From: a virus
Taxonomy: Duplodnaviria; Caudoviricetes
Direction: 5' to 3' (one strand)
Virus record (IMG/VR): IMGVR_UViG_3300044214_000008
Span: 1 to 28,036 of that record
Length of the DNA: 28,036 nucleotides
Below, piece by piece: positions 26,358-28,036 of the stretch. Below the pieces are notes generated by a model, which was not told the DNA's origin, searched no databases, and was given only the letters and a program-made list of their open reading frames with translations. The position numbers were made by a program, and so were the translations under genes. Numbering within the stretch: the stretch's first letter is position 1; the number at the start of each line of letters is the position of its first letter.

Positions 26358-27584
26358 TGCGGCTATAGAATGCCCGAATCTCTGGACAGCTTGTCGGACT
26401 GCTGGCTTCTGTATTGGGAATAAGAATTCTATGGGATAGGTTAGTGCGTCAAACATGTGGTCAAATTCACCTTTCATGGGCACTTGGCTATCTTCTTTAT
26501 AACTATAGTTCTTTAGACTCTTTATAGTATTCTTACATTTTGGATCGATGTAGAACTTCGTAGTTCCATCATCTCGTTTATAGAACAAACTGTTGGCTGC
26601 GTTTATTCTATCTTTGATTAAGGGATGTGCTCTATGATAGCGAACTGTAAAGCCCGCCATTTCCAATAATCTAATGTCCGTATTGCCATTGGCTGAGGTC
26701 TTGCGTTGCACACCTGCTGGATCGGGATAGGCTGTAATAGGATTTCTGGGATAACGATTGCGTATTTCCTCAATCATTTCATTTGTATTACTGCTGTGTA
26801 AGGCAATGTCATCTATAGCATGTAATCCATCACGAGTGTTAACCATAACGACTGCTGACATTGGAGTTGTGTTAAAGTCCATACCCACTAATAGTGGTGT
26901 ATGTGGTAATATCTCTGGAGCGGGCTTATAATTATGCTCACCAAATGCGTAGGCAATGATGCCTGCATATTGCTCAAATGTAGCCAAATATTCCTGTGCA
27001 AATGTGCGAGCATCCAAGTCCTGTCGTGCTTGTTCTATTTCGTCCTCTGGAACATTACCACCATCAATAGTTGTAAATTGGAAACTGACCCAACCCCTTC
27101 GAGTTTTACCCAAGTCATATAGATCTTTGAACCAGTTAAAGCCTTTGGGAGTGCCAAGGAACAAACAGGAACCTCCAGTATCTGACAGTGTAGGTCTAAG
27201 AACTTCATACCATGCTTCCCTATCTATATCCGCTGCTTCATCTATGACTAAAAAGTTAAGACCCACACCACGCAAACTGTCATAATTATCCGCACCCTTG
27301 AGACTGATTTCACTGCCATTAATTAATTCCAATGTTAGTTCTGTTTCATTGACTTTCTTTACCCAGTTAATATCAGTAAGTTTGCGTTTAAGTTTCTTCC
27401 AGAGAATCTGCTTGGCCATTCTGTAACTGGGGGCAACATACCAACAGCGTTGATTAGGTAATCGAGCAAAGCGGGCAAGTTCTCTTAATGCGAGATGAGT
27501 CTTCCCAAAACGACGCCCACATACTGCTACTCTAAAGCGAAGTGGGCTATCTGCTATCAGGCGTTGTGCTTTACTCAGCGGCAT
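26355..27584 (-). CDS. terL: Terminase large subunit
   Basis: Walker A CGRRFGKT, Walker B LVIDEAA, GTPKG motif, nuclease GMDFN and DHMFDALTY. Confidence 0.96.
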   Translation of the reverse strand: MPLSKAQRLIADSPLRFRVAVCGRRFGKTHLALRELARFARLPNQRCWYVAPSYRMAKQILWKKLKRKLTDINWVKKVNETELTLELINGSEISLKGADNYDSLRGVGLNFLVIDEAADIDREAWYEVLRPTLSDTGGSCLFLGTPKGFNWFKDLYDLGKTRRGWVSFQFTTIDGGNVPEDEIEQARQDLDARTFAQEYLATFEQYAGIIAYAFGEHNYKPAPEILPHTPLLVGMDFNTTPMSAVVMVNTRDGLHAIDDIALHSSNTNEMIEEIRNRYPRNPITAYPDPAGVQRKTSANGNTDIRLLEMAGFTVRYHRAHPLIKDRINAANSLFYKRDDGTTKFYIDPKCKNTIKSLKNYSYKEDSQVPMKGEFDHMFDALTYPIEFLFPIQKPAVRQAVQRFGHSIAA

Positions 27585-27996
27585 CTAATTCATCAAGTTC
27601 ATCTTCAAGATTATCCTTAATCTCATCAAGTTCATCATCGGTAAAGGGTAATACTTCTGCTTGTGTTCCTTGAGGTGTTTCGCTCTGTCCCAGAATGTTT
27701 TTACCCAGCCAGATTAACATGACTACATTTCCTGATAGTGCCGCTTTAAGTTGGGCGCGTCTAAGACTTTGCTTTAGGTTTTCTCGTCCTTTTGTGAGTT
27801 CCTCACTAAACTGATAGCGTAGTGTATTATCATTGACGCCGAACCAAGCGGCTATTTCAGTATCTTTACAGCCTAATGCTGCTAAATCCTCTACTTCCTG
27901 TGGGGGTATTACTGTATTGTTTCTACCCACCACTCGTCCCTCAACTATTTTAGTTCCCCAACGATCTTGAACTGCTTGTGTGTATTCAACTGCCAT
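27571..27996 (-). CDS. terS: Terminase small subunit
   Basis: HTH LGCKDTEIAAWFGV, GNVVMLIWLGKNILGQ motif; overlaps the terL start. Confidence 0.85.
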   Translation of the reverse strand: MAVEYTQAVQDRWGTKIVEGRVVGRNNTVIPPQEVEDLAALGCKDTEIAAWFGVNDNTLRYQFSEELTKGRENLKQSLRRAQLKAALSGNVVMLIWLGKNILGQSETPQGTQAEVLPFTDDELDEIKDNLEDELDELDAAE

Positions 27997-28036
27997 TAAT
28001 TGCTGCCCTCACGGATTCTAACTCGTCTGGAGTTAA
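27995..28036. repeat. 42-bp terminal direct repeat (right copy)
   Basis: Identical to 1-42. Confidence 0.97.

Noticed and set aside
499-27285. Plus-strand ORFs in the track (e.g. 12565..13224, 9422..9829, 14968..15327, 26956..27285) and nested minus-strand alternative frames
   Set aside because: They are shadows of longer motif-bearing minus-strand genes and have no recognisable motifs of their own.
1-28036. Alternative genetic code or stop-codon reassignment
   Set aside because: Standard code 11 gives dense, full-length, abutting genes.

Overview
The window is very likely a complete, circularly assembled tailed-phage genome of about 27,994 bp. Bases 1-42 repeat at 27995-28036, and a 73-aa ORF reads across the junction. 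Every credible gene is on the minus strand. It encodes a full siphovirus-type virion module (TerS, TerL, portal with a Cys-rich C-terminal extension, scaffold, major capsid, head-tail proteins, tail tube, frameshifted tail chaperone, tape measure, tail tip, GNAT protein, fibre proteins). It also has a minimal replication module (AEP primase, SF3 helicase, iteron-rich origin directly downstream) and about a dozen small ORFs. I cannot recognise an endolysin, integrase, repressor, DNA polymerase or sigma factor. The most unusual signals are non-coding. First, a T4-late-promoter-like TAAATA hexamer occurs on the coding strand in most intergenic gaps, although no gp55-like sigma is apparent. Second, three short ORF-less units each run from TAAATA through 75-110 nt carrying anti-Shine-Dalgarno or anti-start-codon sequence to an intrinsic terminator. 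My inference, not proven, is a virion-autonomous satellite-like phage that borrows a large helper phage's late transcription machinery and uses antisense sRNAs against translation initiation regions. Functional calls rest on motif recognition and gene order; no database search was run.
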